Source of the DNA: Candidatus Wolfebacteria bacterium GW2011_GWE2_44_13
GTDB taxonomy: Bacteria; Patescibacteriota; Minisyncoccia; UBA6257; UBA9933
DNA length: 64,000 nucleotides
NCBI GenBank assembly: GCA_001000675.1
Contig: LCHW01000002.1
Location: 5,310-69,309, forward strand
Direction of reading: 5' to 3'
Shown: in pieces, positions 45,040 through 54,051 of the stretch
How positions within the stretch are numbered: position 1 is the stretch's first letter
How the letters are laid out: each line of letters starts with the position of its first letter
Program-made: the position numbers and the translations under genes
The notes under the pieces: generated by a model
Told to the model about the DNA's origin: nothing
Seen by the model: only the letters and a program-made list of their open reading frames with translations
The model's database searches: none

Positions 45040-46161
45040 TTGAAAAATTATGTGGATAAAAAAAGAAAAAATATACTAAGGGTAGGCGTTATTATTATTA
45101 TTGTGATTGTAGGGCTGTATGTATTTGTGCAAAAGGGTGTAGTAGGTGAAGTATCAATAGGGGTTATATTACCGTCAACGGGCAAGGCGGCAAATATAGC
45201 AGAGGATGTAAGGAATGGCTTGGAAATGGCGAAGGGAGAGTTAACTGGCGGAAAGAAAATAAAATTAGTGTATCAGGATGATGGATGTGACCCGAAAAAG
45301 GCGATTTCTGCGTATCAGTTTTTACATGAAGTTGAAAAGGTGAATATTGTCATTGGGCCACTTTGCTCGACTGCTGCTTTGGTAGTAGCTCCGTTAGCGC
45401 AAAAGGATGGGGTCGTCATGATAACGCCTGCTTCTGCGACTGATAAGCTGAGTTCGATAGGAGATTTTATATTTAGAAATCATACACACGATAAGGCGGA
45501 GTTAGAGGCTATAGCACCGTATATAAAAGAGCGATATAAAAAAATTGCAGTTATATACGATAAAACAAATGATGCGTATGTTGAATATGATACATTTTTT
45601 AAGACTAATTTAGGCGAAAGCAACGTTGTGAGTGTGCCAGTGACCGGAGGCATGGGGGATTATAAAACAGACTTGTTAAAAATAAAGGCCCAGCTAAAAG
45701 ATATTGATGCAGTATTTGTTGGGGTACTCTCTAAGGACGCGGTTACTCTTGTGAACGAAATGAATCAATTGGGAATTAAAAAACAAATACTGGGTTCAAA
45801 GTTATTAGGAACATCGGATTTTGTAAACGGGGTAGGGGTTGAGACGGCAGAGGGAATAGTATATATGGAGGCAGATTATGATAAAAATACTGAACCGAAT
45901 TTTTGGAATAAATATAATGAGAAATTCGGGAAAATTCCTCCTACATGGGTGCCACAGGCATATGACACAGTAAAGATTTTAGATCTGGCGATTGCGAGTT
46001 GCGGTTCGGACAAGTCCGTGTGCATAAAAGATTATCTGCACAATCTCAAGGACTATCCCGGGGCGGCGGGAAAGTTAACGTTTGCCGCGAATGGTGATGC
46101 CATTAAGAAAATTGCAATTAAACAAGTGCAAAACGGACAATTCATAAAAATAAGTGAATAA
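45040..46161 (+). CDS. LivK-type substrate-binding protein 10
   Basis: TTG start 10 nt after an AAAAGGGTG RBS. TM anchor followed by VSIGVILPSTGKAANIAEDVRNGLEMAKGEL...YQDDGCDP. Confidence 0.75.
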   Translation: MKNYVDKKRKNILRVGVIIIIVIVGLYVFVQKGVVGEVSIGVILPSTGKAANIAEDVRNGLEMAKGELTGGKKIKLVYQDDGCDPKKAISAYQFLHEVEKVNIVIGPLCSTAALVVAPLAQKDGVVMITPASATDKLSSIGDFIFRNHTHDKAELEAIAPYIKERYKKIAVIYDKTNDAYVEYDTFFKTNLGESNVVSVPVTGGMGDYKTDLLKIKAQLKDIDAVFVGVLSKDAVTLVNEMNQLGIKKQILGSKLLGTSDFVNGVGVETAEGIVYMEADYDKNTEPNFWNKYNEKFGKIPPTWVPQAYDTVKILDLAIASCGSDKSVCIKDYLHNLKDYPGAAGKLTFAANGDAIKKIAIKQVQNGQFIKISE

Positions 46162-46165
46162 ACAT

Positions 46166-46194
46166 AAAACCAGCCCTCAACGGGGCTGGTTTTA
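46166..46194 (+). terminator. terminator AAAACCAGCCCcaacGGGGCTGGTTTTAT
   Basis: GC hairpin followed by a T run, after SBP10. Confidence 0.65.
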
Positions 46195-46266
46195 TATGGT
46201 AGAATAAACCATTCATGCAAAAGGATTTTCGATTAGGGATTATAGTGAACGTGCTAGTATAAAAAT

Positions 46267-46812
46267 ATGAGCGAGCAAAAGGAAAAGAAAAATTACGCAT
46301 TTGTAGATGGGCAAAATCTATTTATGGGCACAGCTAAGCGAGCGGTTGATCCATGGACGATAAGCCTCGCCCGTTTTCGCGTGTATCTCGAACAAAAATA
46401 TAATGTCGTCAACGCTTACTATTTTTTAGGATTTGTGCAGGAAACTAATCAGGAGCTCTACGAAGAAATACAAAAGGCTGGTTTTGTGCTTATATTTAGA
46501 GAGCATAATCCAGCGATGATTGGGAAGAAAAAAGGGAATGTTGATACCGATATCATTTTTCACATTATGAAAAAGATGTATAAAAAAGAAGAGTTTGACA
46601 ATATCATCCTTGTGTCTGGGGATGGGGATTATAAGCTCGTCGTCGATTTTCTCATTGAAGAGAATCGGTTCGAGAAAATACTTTTTCCATATAAAAAGTT
46701 TGCGTCTTCGTTGTATAAAAAACTAGGCTCCAAGTATTTTGATTATCTTGAAAATGGAGATATTAAAAACAAGATAGAAGTAAAAAAAGAAAAGGGCTCC
46801 TTAGGTAATTAA
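46267..46812 (+). CDS. NYN/LabA-like domain protein (paralog 1)
   Basis: YAFVDGQNLFMG...NVDTDIIFHIMK...ILVSGDGDYKLVVDFL, the acidic motifs of the NYN nuclease fold. Confidence 0.65.
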   Translation: MSEQKEKKNYAFVDGQNLFMGTAKRAVDPWTISLARFRVYLEQKYNVVNAYYFLGFVQETNQELYEEIQKAGFVLIFREHNPAMIGKKKGNVDTDIIFHIMKKMYKKEEFDNIILVSGDGDYKLVVDFLIEENRFEKILFPYKKFASSLYKKLGSKYFDYLENGDIKNKIEVKKEKGSLGN

Positions 46813-46866
46813 CCGTTCGGATCCCTTTTCGTCTGAATACCTGTATTATCAGCAAATTGACAGAAA

Positions 46867-47634
46867 ATGTCAAGAAAATGCGGAACTATGCACCAAAACT
46901 CTCTCATACAACTAAAAAATGCATCCGTGCGATACGGAGGCGTGCATGCGCTCGAAGATGTCGACGTGCATATTAATGCCGGAGAGGTTGTTGTAGTTAT
47001 GGGTCCGAACGGTGCAGGGAAATCTACCGTGCTAAAGGCGCTCTATGGCATAGAACCACTCACTAAAGGATCTGTAATCTACGAGGGCACACAGATACAG
47101 CCAAAACCGCATGAAATGATAAAGCGAGGGGTGGTGTTTGTTCCGCAAGGGCGGCGGGTATTTCCAAGCCTCACGGTAAGGGAAAATATAGAAATCGGTG
47201 GCGTGGTTGCAGGTAAAAAAGGATTGGAGTTGGAAAAGAAAATTGATGAGGTAGTGGATTTATTTCCCGCATTGAAAAATAAGCTCAAACGATCGTCGGG
47301 AATATTATCGGGAGGGGAGCAGCAGATGGTCGCGTTAGCGCGAGGGCTAATGGCTGACCCTAAAATACTTCTCCTCGACGAGCCTTCACTCGGGCTTGCG
47401 CCAAAGATAGTAAAGGAAGTATTTGAAAAAATAGCTGAGATCAATAAAACAAAAGGACTTGCAGTAGTTATCGTTGAACATAATATTAAATCGATATTAG
47501 CGGTTGCGCATAGGGCATACGTCCTCGACAAAGGAAGGGTTGCGGCAGAGGGAGATGCAAAAGAAATAGCCGGGAGTGATATTCTAGAGCGAGTATTTTT
47601 GGGAAAAGAGGCGAAAGAAGAGCACACTGCTTGA
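46867..47634 (+). CDS. livF: branched-chain amino acid ABC transporter ATP-binding protein LivF
   Basis: Walker A GPNGAGKST, signature LSGGEQQMVALARGL, Walker B ILLLDEPSLGLAP. The size fits LivF. An alternative in-frame ATG lies at 46888. Confidence 0.8.
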   Translation: MSRKCGTMHQNSLIQLKNASVRYGGVHALEDVDVHINAGEVVVVMGPNGAGKSTVLKALYGIEPLTKGSVIYEGTQIQPKPHEMIKRGVVFVPQGRRVFPSLTVRENIEIGGVVAGKKGLELEKKIDEVVDLFPALKNKLKRSSGILSGGEQQMVALARGLMADPKILLLDEPSLGLAPKIVKEVFEKIAEINKTKGLAVVIVEHNIKSILAVAHRAYVLDKGRVAAEGDAKEIAGSDILERVFLGKEAKEEHTA

Positions 47635-47732
47635 CTGAATAATATAATAATAGTTTAATAACTATTAGAATCTTCATATGGCGACAGATATTCTGTCTTT
47701 CGGCACATAACCTCTCAGGAAGGAAGGTTTCT

Positions 47733-48062
47733 ATGAAACAGATCGTGGTGTTGTTGGTGCTGGTGTTCGGGTTGGTATCGGTTGCATGCGCTCAGGAAGG
47801 CGAGATTCCCGAGCTGGATAACCCGAACAATGCTCAAAAAAGGGAAAAGGCGTGGGCGCCGCTCATCCGGGCACAGTCCATTGTTGTGAAAAATTTCCCG
47901 ACCGCTTACCCCGCCAACAATTCCTGGACCATAGGGTCCGGGGGGTATGAGCAAAAATTCTGGAAGGAGGAGGGGAGAGGTCGCACAGAGCTCTACGTAC
48001 TCCTCTCGTTCGAAGGAAGGCTGTTCTACTGGGTGAATGACAAGCTCAGAGAGATCAAGTAA
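47733..48062 (+). CDS. small secreted hypothetical protein, GC-rich islet
   Basis: Signal peptide MKQIVVLLVLVFGLVSVACA. 109 aa with no domain call. Confidence 0.45.
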   Translation: MKQIVVLLVLVFGLVSVACAQEGEIPELDNPNNAQKREKAWAPLIRAQSIVVKNFPTAYPANNSWTIGSGGYEQKFWKEEGRGRTELYVLLSFEGRLFYWVNDKLREIK

Positions 48063-48082
48063 TCGGCAGCCCTTCATGAAGT

Positions 48083-48113
48083 AAGGCCCGCGGTTTATCC
48101 GCGGGCTTTTTTG
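48083..48113 (+). terminator. terminator AAGGCCCGCGGtttatCCGCGGGCTTTTTTG
   Basis: GC hairpin followed by a T run. Confidence 0.7.
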
Positions 48114-48223
48114 CCCCGTAGTGAATTTTGGCATATTTACTGGAGGTAAATAGCGAATGCGTGCCAAAATCTACTACAGGGTTTGTTGCGAATGTACTAT
48201 AAAAATGATAGTGTAAATGCACT

Positions 48224-49621
48224 ATGAGAACGCTAATTAGAGAAATAATTACAAAAGAGGGGGAGACCGTAGTCCTTGAAGGATGGGTACGAAACCGCCG
48301 AGACCATGGAAAGCTTATCTTTATTGATATTAAAGACCGAAGCGGCATGGCGCAGGTTGTTTTCTTGCCAAAGCCAGAAGAGGTACATGAGGCGGCAACT
48401 GAATTGCGCAGTGAATGGGTTGTGCGATTAACAGGAAAAGTAAACAAGCGACCAGAAAATATGGTAAACGCCGATCAGGAATTTGGCGCATATGAAATCG
48501 TGGCTGAAGGATTGGAAATTTTAAACAAAGCAGAAGATCTTCCGATTCCAATTGATACCGATGGACGAGAGATTAGCGAAGAAGCGCGTATGAAATATCG
48601 CGCATTCGATCTCCGTAGAGAGCGGATGGAAAAGAACATGAAGATGCGCGCAAAGGTAGTGCACTTCTTTAGGAGCTTTTTGTCTGACCTCGACTTCATC
48701 GAAGTAGAAACGCCAATCCTTGGAAAGGCAACGCCAGAGGGATCACGCGATTATCTCGTGCCATCTCGCATCTATCCAGGAAAGTGCTATGCACTTCCAC
48801 AGTCACCACAGCAGTATAAGCAGCTGTTGATGGTTGCTGGTTTAGAACGCTATTTCCAAATTGCTCGTTGTTTCCGTGATGAAGATACACGTGGAGATAG
48901 ACAGCCTGAGTTTACGCAGCTCGATATGGAAATGAGCTTTGTAAAGCGAGAGGATGTTATGAAAGTTGTTGAGGATATGTTGATCAAGCTTGTGCAGACG
49001 CATTATCCTGAAAAGCGCATTCAGCAGATTCCATTTCCGCATATCACGTATAAGGAGTCGATGGAAAAATATGGAAACGACAGGCCGGATATTCGTGAAG
49101 ACAAAAACGATCCGAACTTGTTGGCATTCTGTTGGGTTCTCGATTTCCCATTCTTTGAAAAAGATGAGGAAGATGGAGGATGGACCTTTACACACAATCC
49201 ATTCTCAGCACCGCAGCCTGAGTTCATGGAGTCCTTGATGAATAAAGAGAATATTGCTGATATCTTAACCACGCAGTATGACATCGTATTGAATGGATAT
49301 GAAATCGGCGGAGGAAGTATCCGCAACCATCGTCCAGAAGCATTGCGAAAGGTTTTGGAGATCATGGGATTTTCAGATGAAAAGATTCAGAGCGACTACG
49401 GACACATGCTCGACGCATTCAAGTTGGGAGCACCGCCACACGGAGGGATTGCTCCGGGAGTTGACCGTATTGTTATGATTTTGCAGGGAGAGCCGAATAT
49501 CCGCGAGGTCATCGCATTCCCGAAGACAGGGGATGGACGCGACCTTATGATGGAAGCACCTACTGAGTTTACCGAAAAGCAGCTGAGCGAATTGCAAATA
49601 AAAATAGATAAGAAGAAATAA
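48224..49621 (+). CDS. aspS: aspartyl-tRNA synthetase, short (archaeal/non-discriminating-like) form
   Basis: 465 aa with an N-terminal OB fold, class II motifs (FRDE, QLDMEM, GGGSIR) and no GAD insertion domain. Confidence 0.85.
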   Translation: MRTLIREIITKEGETVVLEGWVRNRRDHGKLIFIDIKDRSGMAQVVFLPKPEEVHEAATELRSEWVVRLTGKVNKRPENMVNADQEFGAYEIVAEGLEILNKAEDLPIPIDTDGREISEEARMKYRAFDLRRERMEKNMKMRAKVVHFFRSFLSDLDFIEVETPILGKATPEGSRDYLVPSRIYPGKCYALPQSPQQYKQLLMVAGLERYFQIARCFRDEDTRGDRQPEFTQLDMEMSFVKREDVMKVVEDMLIKLVQTHYPEKRIQQIPFPHITYKESMEKYGNDRPDIREDKNDPNLLAFCWVLDFPFFEKDEEDGGWTFTHNPFSAPQPEFMESLMNKENIADILTTQYDIVLNGYEIGGGSIRNHRPEALRKVLEIMGFSDEKIQSDYGHMLDAFKLGAPPHGGIAPGVDRIVMILQGEPNIREVIAFPKTGDGRDLMMEAPTEFTEKQLSELQIKIDKKK

Positions 49622-49625
49622 AAAT

Positions 49626-50222
49626 ATGACAAAAGAAAGAACATTAGTTGTTGTAAAGCCGGACGGAGTGCAGCGATCACTTATCGGAGAAATAACAGGA
49701 AGGCTTGAGCGCGTCGGTCTTAAGCTCGTTGGAATAAAAATGATTGTTCCCACTCCTGAATTTATCGAAACGCACTACACGATTGACCCTGAGTGGCGTC
49801 GCATCACAGGAGAAAAAACTATCAAGAGTTATAAGGAAAAAGGGCAGATTCCTCCTTCGGAAGATCCGCTTGAGATAACTGGTGTTATTTTGAAAAACTT
49901 AATGACCTTCATGACTTCAGGTCCGGTAGTTGCGATGGTATGGGAAGGTGTGCATGCGGTAAAAATTGTGCGCAAATTAGTAGGAAGCACTGAACCGCTA
50001 TCTTCTGACGTTGGAACGATTCGAGGGGATTATGTTCTTGATTCATATCAGCTGTCCGATAAAGATGGCCGCGCGATTCGTAACTTGGCACACGCATCCG
50101 GAACGGTAGATGAAGCAACTAAAGAAATTGACCTTTGGTTCGAGAAAGATGAGTTGATTGATTATCGCCTTGTACAAGATGCTATTTTGTATGATGTGAA
50201 TATGGATGGAATACTTGAATAA
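49626..50222 (+). CDS. ndk: nucleoside diphosphate kinase (long form with insert)
   Basis: ERTLVVVKPDGVQRSLIGEI...NLAHASGTVDEA, with the active-site His context. Confidence 0.8.
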   Translation: MTKERTLVVVKPDGVQRSLIGEITGRLERVGLKLVGIKMIVPTPEFIETHYTIDPEWRRITGEKTIKSYKEKGQIPPSEDPLEITGVILKNLMTFMTSGPVVAMVWEGVHAVKIVRKLVGSTEPLSSDVGTIRGDYVLDSYQLSDKDGRAIRNLAHASGTVDEATKEIDLWFEKDELIDYRLVQDAILYDVNMDGILE

Positions 50223-50466
50223 GAATTTGAAAATGCCCGAAAGGGCATTTTCTTTTTTACAGGGAGGTGGTATACTGAAATCAGAATAACGGTAATGATT
50301 CTCGAGTTAACCTTGTTGATTTGGGAGGGTAATAGTACATCACCCCTTGGGGCAATGTTGCACCCACCCACCTGACTTTTAGTCGGGATATCACAGGCCG
50401 GTATTCCCCTGTAACCCCCGAGAGGGGGTTTACAAGTGGAAAAAAATAGTGTAATTTAAGGAAACT

Positions 50467-50667
50467 ATGAGACAGTGCCAAATTTGCGGAAAAGGTTCAA
50501 TGATGCACGGCGCTCGCAAAAAGCTCCGCGGTAACTACAACCCAACCGTCCGAACAAGACGTTATCCAAATCTTCAGAAGTTGACCGTTATGGAAGGTCT
50601 GCGTGTTAATGCATGCACACAATGCATTCGAACAGTCAAAAAGAAAGAAGCTGAGGCTGCGGCATAA
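50467..50667 (+). CDS. rpmB: 50S ribosomal protein L28
   Basis: 66 aa: MRQCQICGKGSMMHGARKKLRGNYNPTVRTRRYPNLQ... Confidence 0.85.
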   Translation: MRQCQICGKGSMMHGARKKLRGNYNPTVRTRRYPNLQKLTVMEGLRVNACTQCIRTVKKKEAEAAA

Positions 50668-50700
50668 TTAAAAACCGACCATTTGGTCGGTTTTTAATTA
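50668..50700 (+). terminator. terminator AAAAACCGACCAtttGGTCGGTTTTTAATT after rpmB
   Basis: Perfect hairpin followed by a T run. Confidence 0.7.
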
Positions 50701-50909
50701 TGTATGGAAAAATCAGCGCATGTTGATAAAATAGAAGCGTAGCAGGCTGTCGTATAGTGGTAGTATTCAAGGCTGGGGGTCTTGCGGTCCGGGTTTCGAC
50801 TTTGGCGTTGCCCACGAGCGAAGCGAGTGTCGCAACGAGCCGGAGTGTCGGTGGAGTATCAATTCTTACACGGAGCCGACGATTCCCGGCAGCCTGACAT
50901 AATTCATAT

Positions 50910-51503
50910 ATGGAACTTACGAAAGACAAAATAGACCGACTGGAAGAGATGCTAAAACAGAACAAGACCCTGCAAATAATCTTGCAACGGGCTGATTCTT
51001 TGCATATGTCTAATTGGTATCTTGGGGCCGGATGCATTTCGCAGACTGTCTGGAATATTTTACATGGGTTCGATCCAGAGCAGAATATTAAAGACTACGA
51101 CCTAGTCTATTATGACGCAGAGGATATTACAAAGGAGAGCGAACTCGCATTTATGCAAAAGGCAGCTGATATGTTTAAGGACATTCCCGTAGTGCTTGAT
51201 ATCGTAAACGAGGCACGGGTGCATCTATGGGTAGAAGAAGAATTCGGATACGCAATCGATCAGTACTCGAGCGTGGAAGAAGCGATTAGTACCTGGCCAA
51301 CGACAATAACGTGCGTTGGCGTTACGCGCAGGGAGGGAATGATACACGTATATGCAGCATTCGGATTGGACGATGTGTTTGGTATGGTGCTGCGGCCGAA
51401 CAAGAAGCTGATCACGGAAGAGGTGTATATGAATAAGGTTAAAAAGTGGACCGCACTCTGGCCCAAGCTTACGGCAGTAGGCTGGAATGAGAGGTGTGAG
51501 TAA
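50910..51503 (+). CDS. nucleotidyltransferase-family protein (NTP_transf_6-like), hypothetical
   Basis: 197 aa; NWYLGAGCISQTVWN...YDLVYYDAEDI resembles the DUF/NTase family with a GxGC motif. The call is weak. Confidence 0.35.
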   Translation: MELTKDKIDRLEEMLKQNKTLQIILQRADSLHMSNWYLGAGCISQTVWNILHGFDPEQNIKDYDLVYYDAEDITKESELAFMQKAADMFKDIPVVLDIVNEARVHLWVEEEFGYAIDQYSSVEEAISTWPTTITCVGVTRREGMIHVYAAFGLDDVFGMVLRPNKKLITEEVYMNKVKKWTALWPKLTAVGWNERCE

Positions 51504-51550
51504 AAAGTACTCAGTTTGAAATAAAGTCAAGCACGGCGTACAATAAACCC

Positions 51551-52564
51551 ATGGAATGGAAGTTAGAAATAACATGGGGATCATTATGGAGAATCGTTAT
51601 TATGCTCACCGGCATAACGATGCTGTATTATATGCGCCACGTGGTTGCGCTCCTTTTTTTGGCAATTGTTATTTCTTCCGCACTGGACGCTCCATTAAAT
51701 TGGCTGGAAAAGCGTAAGATTCCACGTATTATGGGTATTCTATTTATACTCGCAGCAGGATTTTCTAGCTTTGCCTTGTTGTTGTATACGGTTGTGCCGA
51801 TTATGATCATCGAAATAAAGGACCTAGCCGATAATATCGGATTGCTTGAAGCGTCACTCGGTAGTCTCGTGGGGATTTCAAGCATGTCGGGTACATTAAG
51901 CTCGGGGCTAAGCGGGGCAAGTGAAACATTGGCGACGAGTGGATTTTCCATGGCAAAGCTCATACCGCAGTTATTTGAGAATGCGGTAATGGTTGTCACG
52001 GTAATGGTTATTTCTATTTACCTTGCGTGGTATCGAGATGGAATCGAAGGATTTTTGCGAGCAGTGCTTCCTATAGAATACGAGCAATATGCTATCGGTG
52101 TAATGCATCGGGCAAGAAAGAAAATAGGCAAGTGGCTTGAGGGGCAAATATTGTTAAGCCTTATTGTTGCAATAACGGCATTTATCGGATTAAAATTGCT
52201 TGGAGTAAATTATGCATTAGTACTCGCGTTATTGGCGGGAGCACTGGAACTTATTCCGTTTGTGGGCCCTATCGTTGCCGGAGCGATTGCCTTTCTTGTG
52301 GCAGTTTCACAGTCAACAACGATTGCGGTTGCGACGCTTGTTCTCTTCTTTGTGATCCATCAGCTTGAAGCACATGTTGTATTACCATTGGTAATGCGTA
52401 AAACAACGGGTATTCATCCGGTGATCGTGGCGCTTTCTATTGTGGCAGGATATCAGCTCTATGGATTTATTGGCATTATCCTTGCGATTCCATTTGTTGT
52501 GGTTATTCAAGAATTGGTGGATGATTATAGCGAAAGAAAGCATAGGCAACCAGCACTGAATTAA
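51551..52564 (+). CDS. AI-2E family transporter (PerM/UPF0118)
   Basis: 337 aa with 7-8 TM helices and a LELIPFVGPIVAGAIAFLVA motif. Confidence 0.7.
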   Translation: MEWKLEITWGSLWRIVIMLTGITMLYYMRHVVALLFLAIVISSALDAPLNWLEKRKIPRIMGILFILAAGFSSFALLLYTVVPIMIIEIKDLADNIGLLEASLGSLVGISSMSGTLSSGLSGASETLATSGFSMAKLIPQLFENAVMVVTVMVISIYLAWYRDGIEGFLRAVLPIEYEQYAIGVMHRARKKIGKWLEGQILLSLIVAITAFIGLKLLGVNYALVLALLAGALELIPFVGPIVAGAIAFLVAVSQSTTIAVATLVLFFVIHQLEAHVVLPLVMRKTTGIHPVIVALSIVAGYQLYGFIGIILAIPFVVVIQELVDDYSERKHRQPALN

Positions 52565-52572
52565 ATAAAAAC

Positions 52573-54051
52573 ATGAAGAAATTTTATATCACAACATCAA
52601 TTGCATATACGAATGCTGCGCCGCATATTGGCTTCGCACTGGAGAGTATACAAGCAGATGTGCTTGCTCGGTACTATCGTGCACAAGGAGTGGACGTGTA
52701 TTTTTTAACAGGTACCGATGAGCATGGCAGTAAAATCGCACAGGCTGCGGAGGCAAAAGGGAAAACGGAAAAAGAGTTCGTCGACGAGATAGCGGAGGAA
52801 TTTAAGGATCTAAAAAAAGCACTCAACCTTTCTTGGGATGATTTTATCCGCACATCGGATAAAAAGAAGCACTGGCCTGCTGTAAATGCAATTTGGGAAA
52901 AGCTGGCAGCGCAGGGAGATATTTATAAAAAGACATACGAAGGGCTGTACTGTACAGGGTGTGAAGCTTTTTATACGGAAAAGGAATTGGAAGAGGGGAG
53001 TTGCCCAATTCATCGCAAGCCCGCAGAGCAGGTAAAAGAAGAAAATTATTTTTTCAAGCTATCTAAATATTCAAAGGAAATAGAGGAGCGAATCAAAAGC
53101 GGAGAATTGCGCATTGTTCCAGAATCGCGCAAGAACGAAATACTTTCATTGTTGAAAGAGGGGCTTACTGATATTAGCGTATCTCGCCCAGCCGATAAGG
53201 TGCATTGGGGTATTCCTGTCCCAGGTGATGCAAGTCAGTTGATTTATGTATGGATCGATGCGCTTACGAACTATATTTCAGGTATTGGGTATGGCCGAGA
53301 AGATAAAAAAGATGAGGAGCTGTATAACACGTATTGGCCGGCAGATGTGCATTTAATCGGGAAAGATATCCTGCGATTTCATGCAGGCATTTGGCCAGGG
53401 ATATTATTAGCAGCAGGACTACCGATTCCAAAGAGCGTCTATGTGCACGGATATATCTTGCATGATGGGCAGAAGATGTCGAAGTCAGTGGGAAATGTTG
53501 TTTCCCCCGTGGAGTTGGTTGAAAAATATGGCGCGGATGCTGTGCGATACTTCTTACTACGAGAAATTGCATCAACCGAAGACGGAGATTATACGGAGCA
53601 AAAGTTTCGTGACCGCTATAACGGAGAGCTTGCAAACGGACTAGGGAATTTCTCTGCGCGCGTGCTAACGCTCGCAAGCGGGGAAGATGTTGTAATGACC
53701 GAAGACGAATATGAAGCGTTTGTTGATGAATCCGTAAAACATCGCATTAAAGATGCAGAGCGCACAATAAAAGAAAAAGTAGATGCATTTCGACTGCACG
53801 AAGCAGTGGGCGCGTTATGGGAAGTAATTACCTTTGGAGATTTGTATGTGAACGAAATGAAGCCGTGGAAGCTGGAGGGTGAAGAAAAAAAGAAAGTCAT
53901 GGCAAATTTACTTTATATTTTGGAAGCAATCACAAACATGCTCGCACCATTTTTGCCAGAGACCGCAGAAAAGATCGCAAAGAATATACAGCACCACGGT
54001 AAGAAAATGGAAATAACAAAAGGAGAAAATTTGTTTCCACGATTACAATGA
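52573..54051 (+). CDS. metG: methionyl-tRNA synthetase, short form
   Basis: HIGH-like AAPHIGF, Zn knuckle CTGCEAFYTEKELEEGSCPIH, KMSKS. 492 aa with no C-terminal tRNA-binding domain. Confidence 0.9.
   Translation: MKKFYITTSIAYTNAAPHIGFALESIQADVLARYYRAQGVDVYFLTGTDEHGSKIAQAAEAKGKTEKEFVDEIAEEFKDLKKALNLSWDDFIRTSDKKKHWPAVNAIWEKLAAQGDIYKKTYEGLYCTGCEAFYTEKELEEGSCPIHRKPAEQVKEENYFFKLSKYSKEIEERIKSGELRIVPESRKNEILSLLKEGLTDISVSRPADKVHWGIPVPGDASQLIYVWIDALTNYISGIGYGREDKKDEELYNTYWPADVHLIGKDILRFHAGIWPGILLAAGLPIPKSVYVHGYILHDGQKMSKSVGNVVSPVELVEKYGADAVRYFLLREIASTEDGDYTEQKFRDRYNGELANGLGNFSARVLTLASGEDVVMTEDEYEAFVDESVKHRIKDAERTIKEKVDAFRLHEAVGALWEVITFGDLYVNEMKPWKLEGEEKKKVMANLLYILEAITNMLAPFLPETAEKIAKNIQHHGKKMEITKGENLFPRLQ

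Noticed and set aside
20981-47634. Idea that the repeated SBP/regulator cassettes form an integron or a phase-variable shufflon
   Set aside because: No integrase or recombinase gene, and no attC-like or inverted-repeat crossover sites at cassette borders. Cassettes carry their own promoters and are full-length genes, so duplication and divergence is the simpler explanation.
50735-50810. tRNA-like segment (GTCGTATAGTGGTAGTAT ... GGGTTTCGAC)
   Set aside because: D-loop-like and T-loop-like motifs are present, but no consistent acceptor or anticodon stems could be formed, and the T-loop has an extra base. It was not called as a tRNA and is left as a possible ncRNA or pseudogene under the 50223..50909 finding.
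50636-51037. 133-aa ORF on the minus strand spanning the rpmB terminator and the downstream non-coding interval
   Set aside because: It crosses a strong terminator hairpin and overlaps the start of the 50910 gene. It has no homology signal and is more likely non-coding or ncRNA space.
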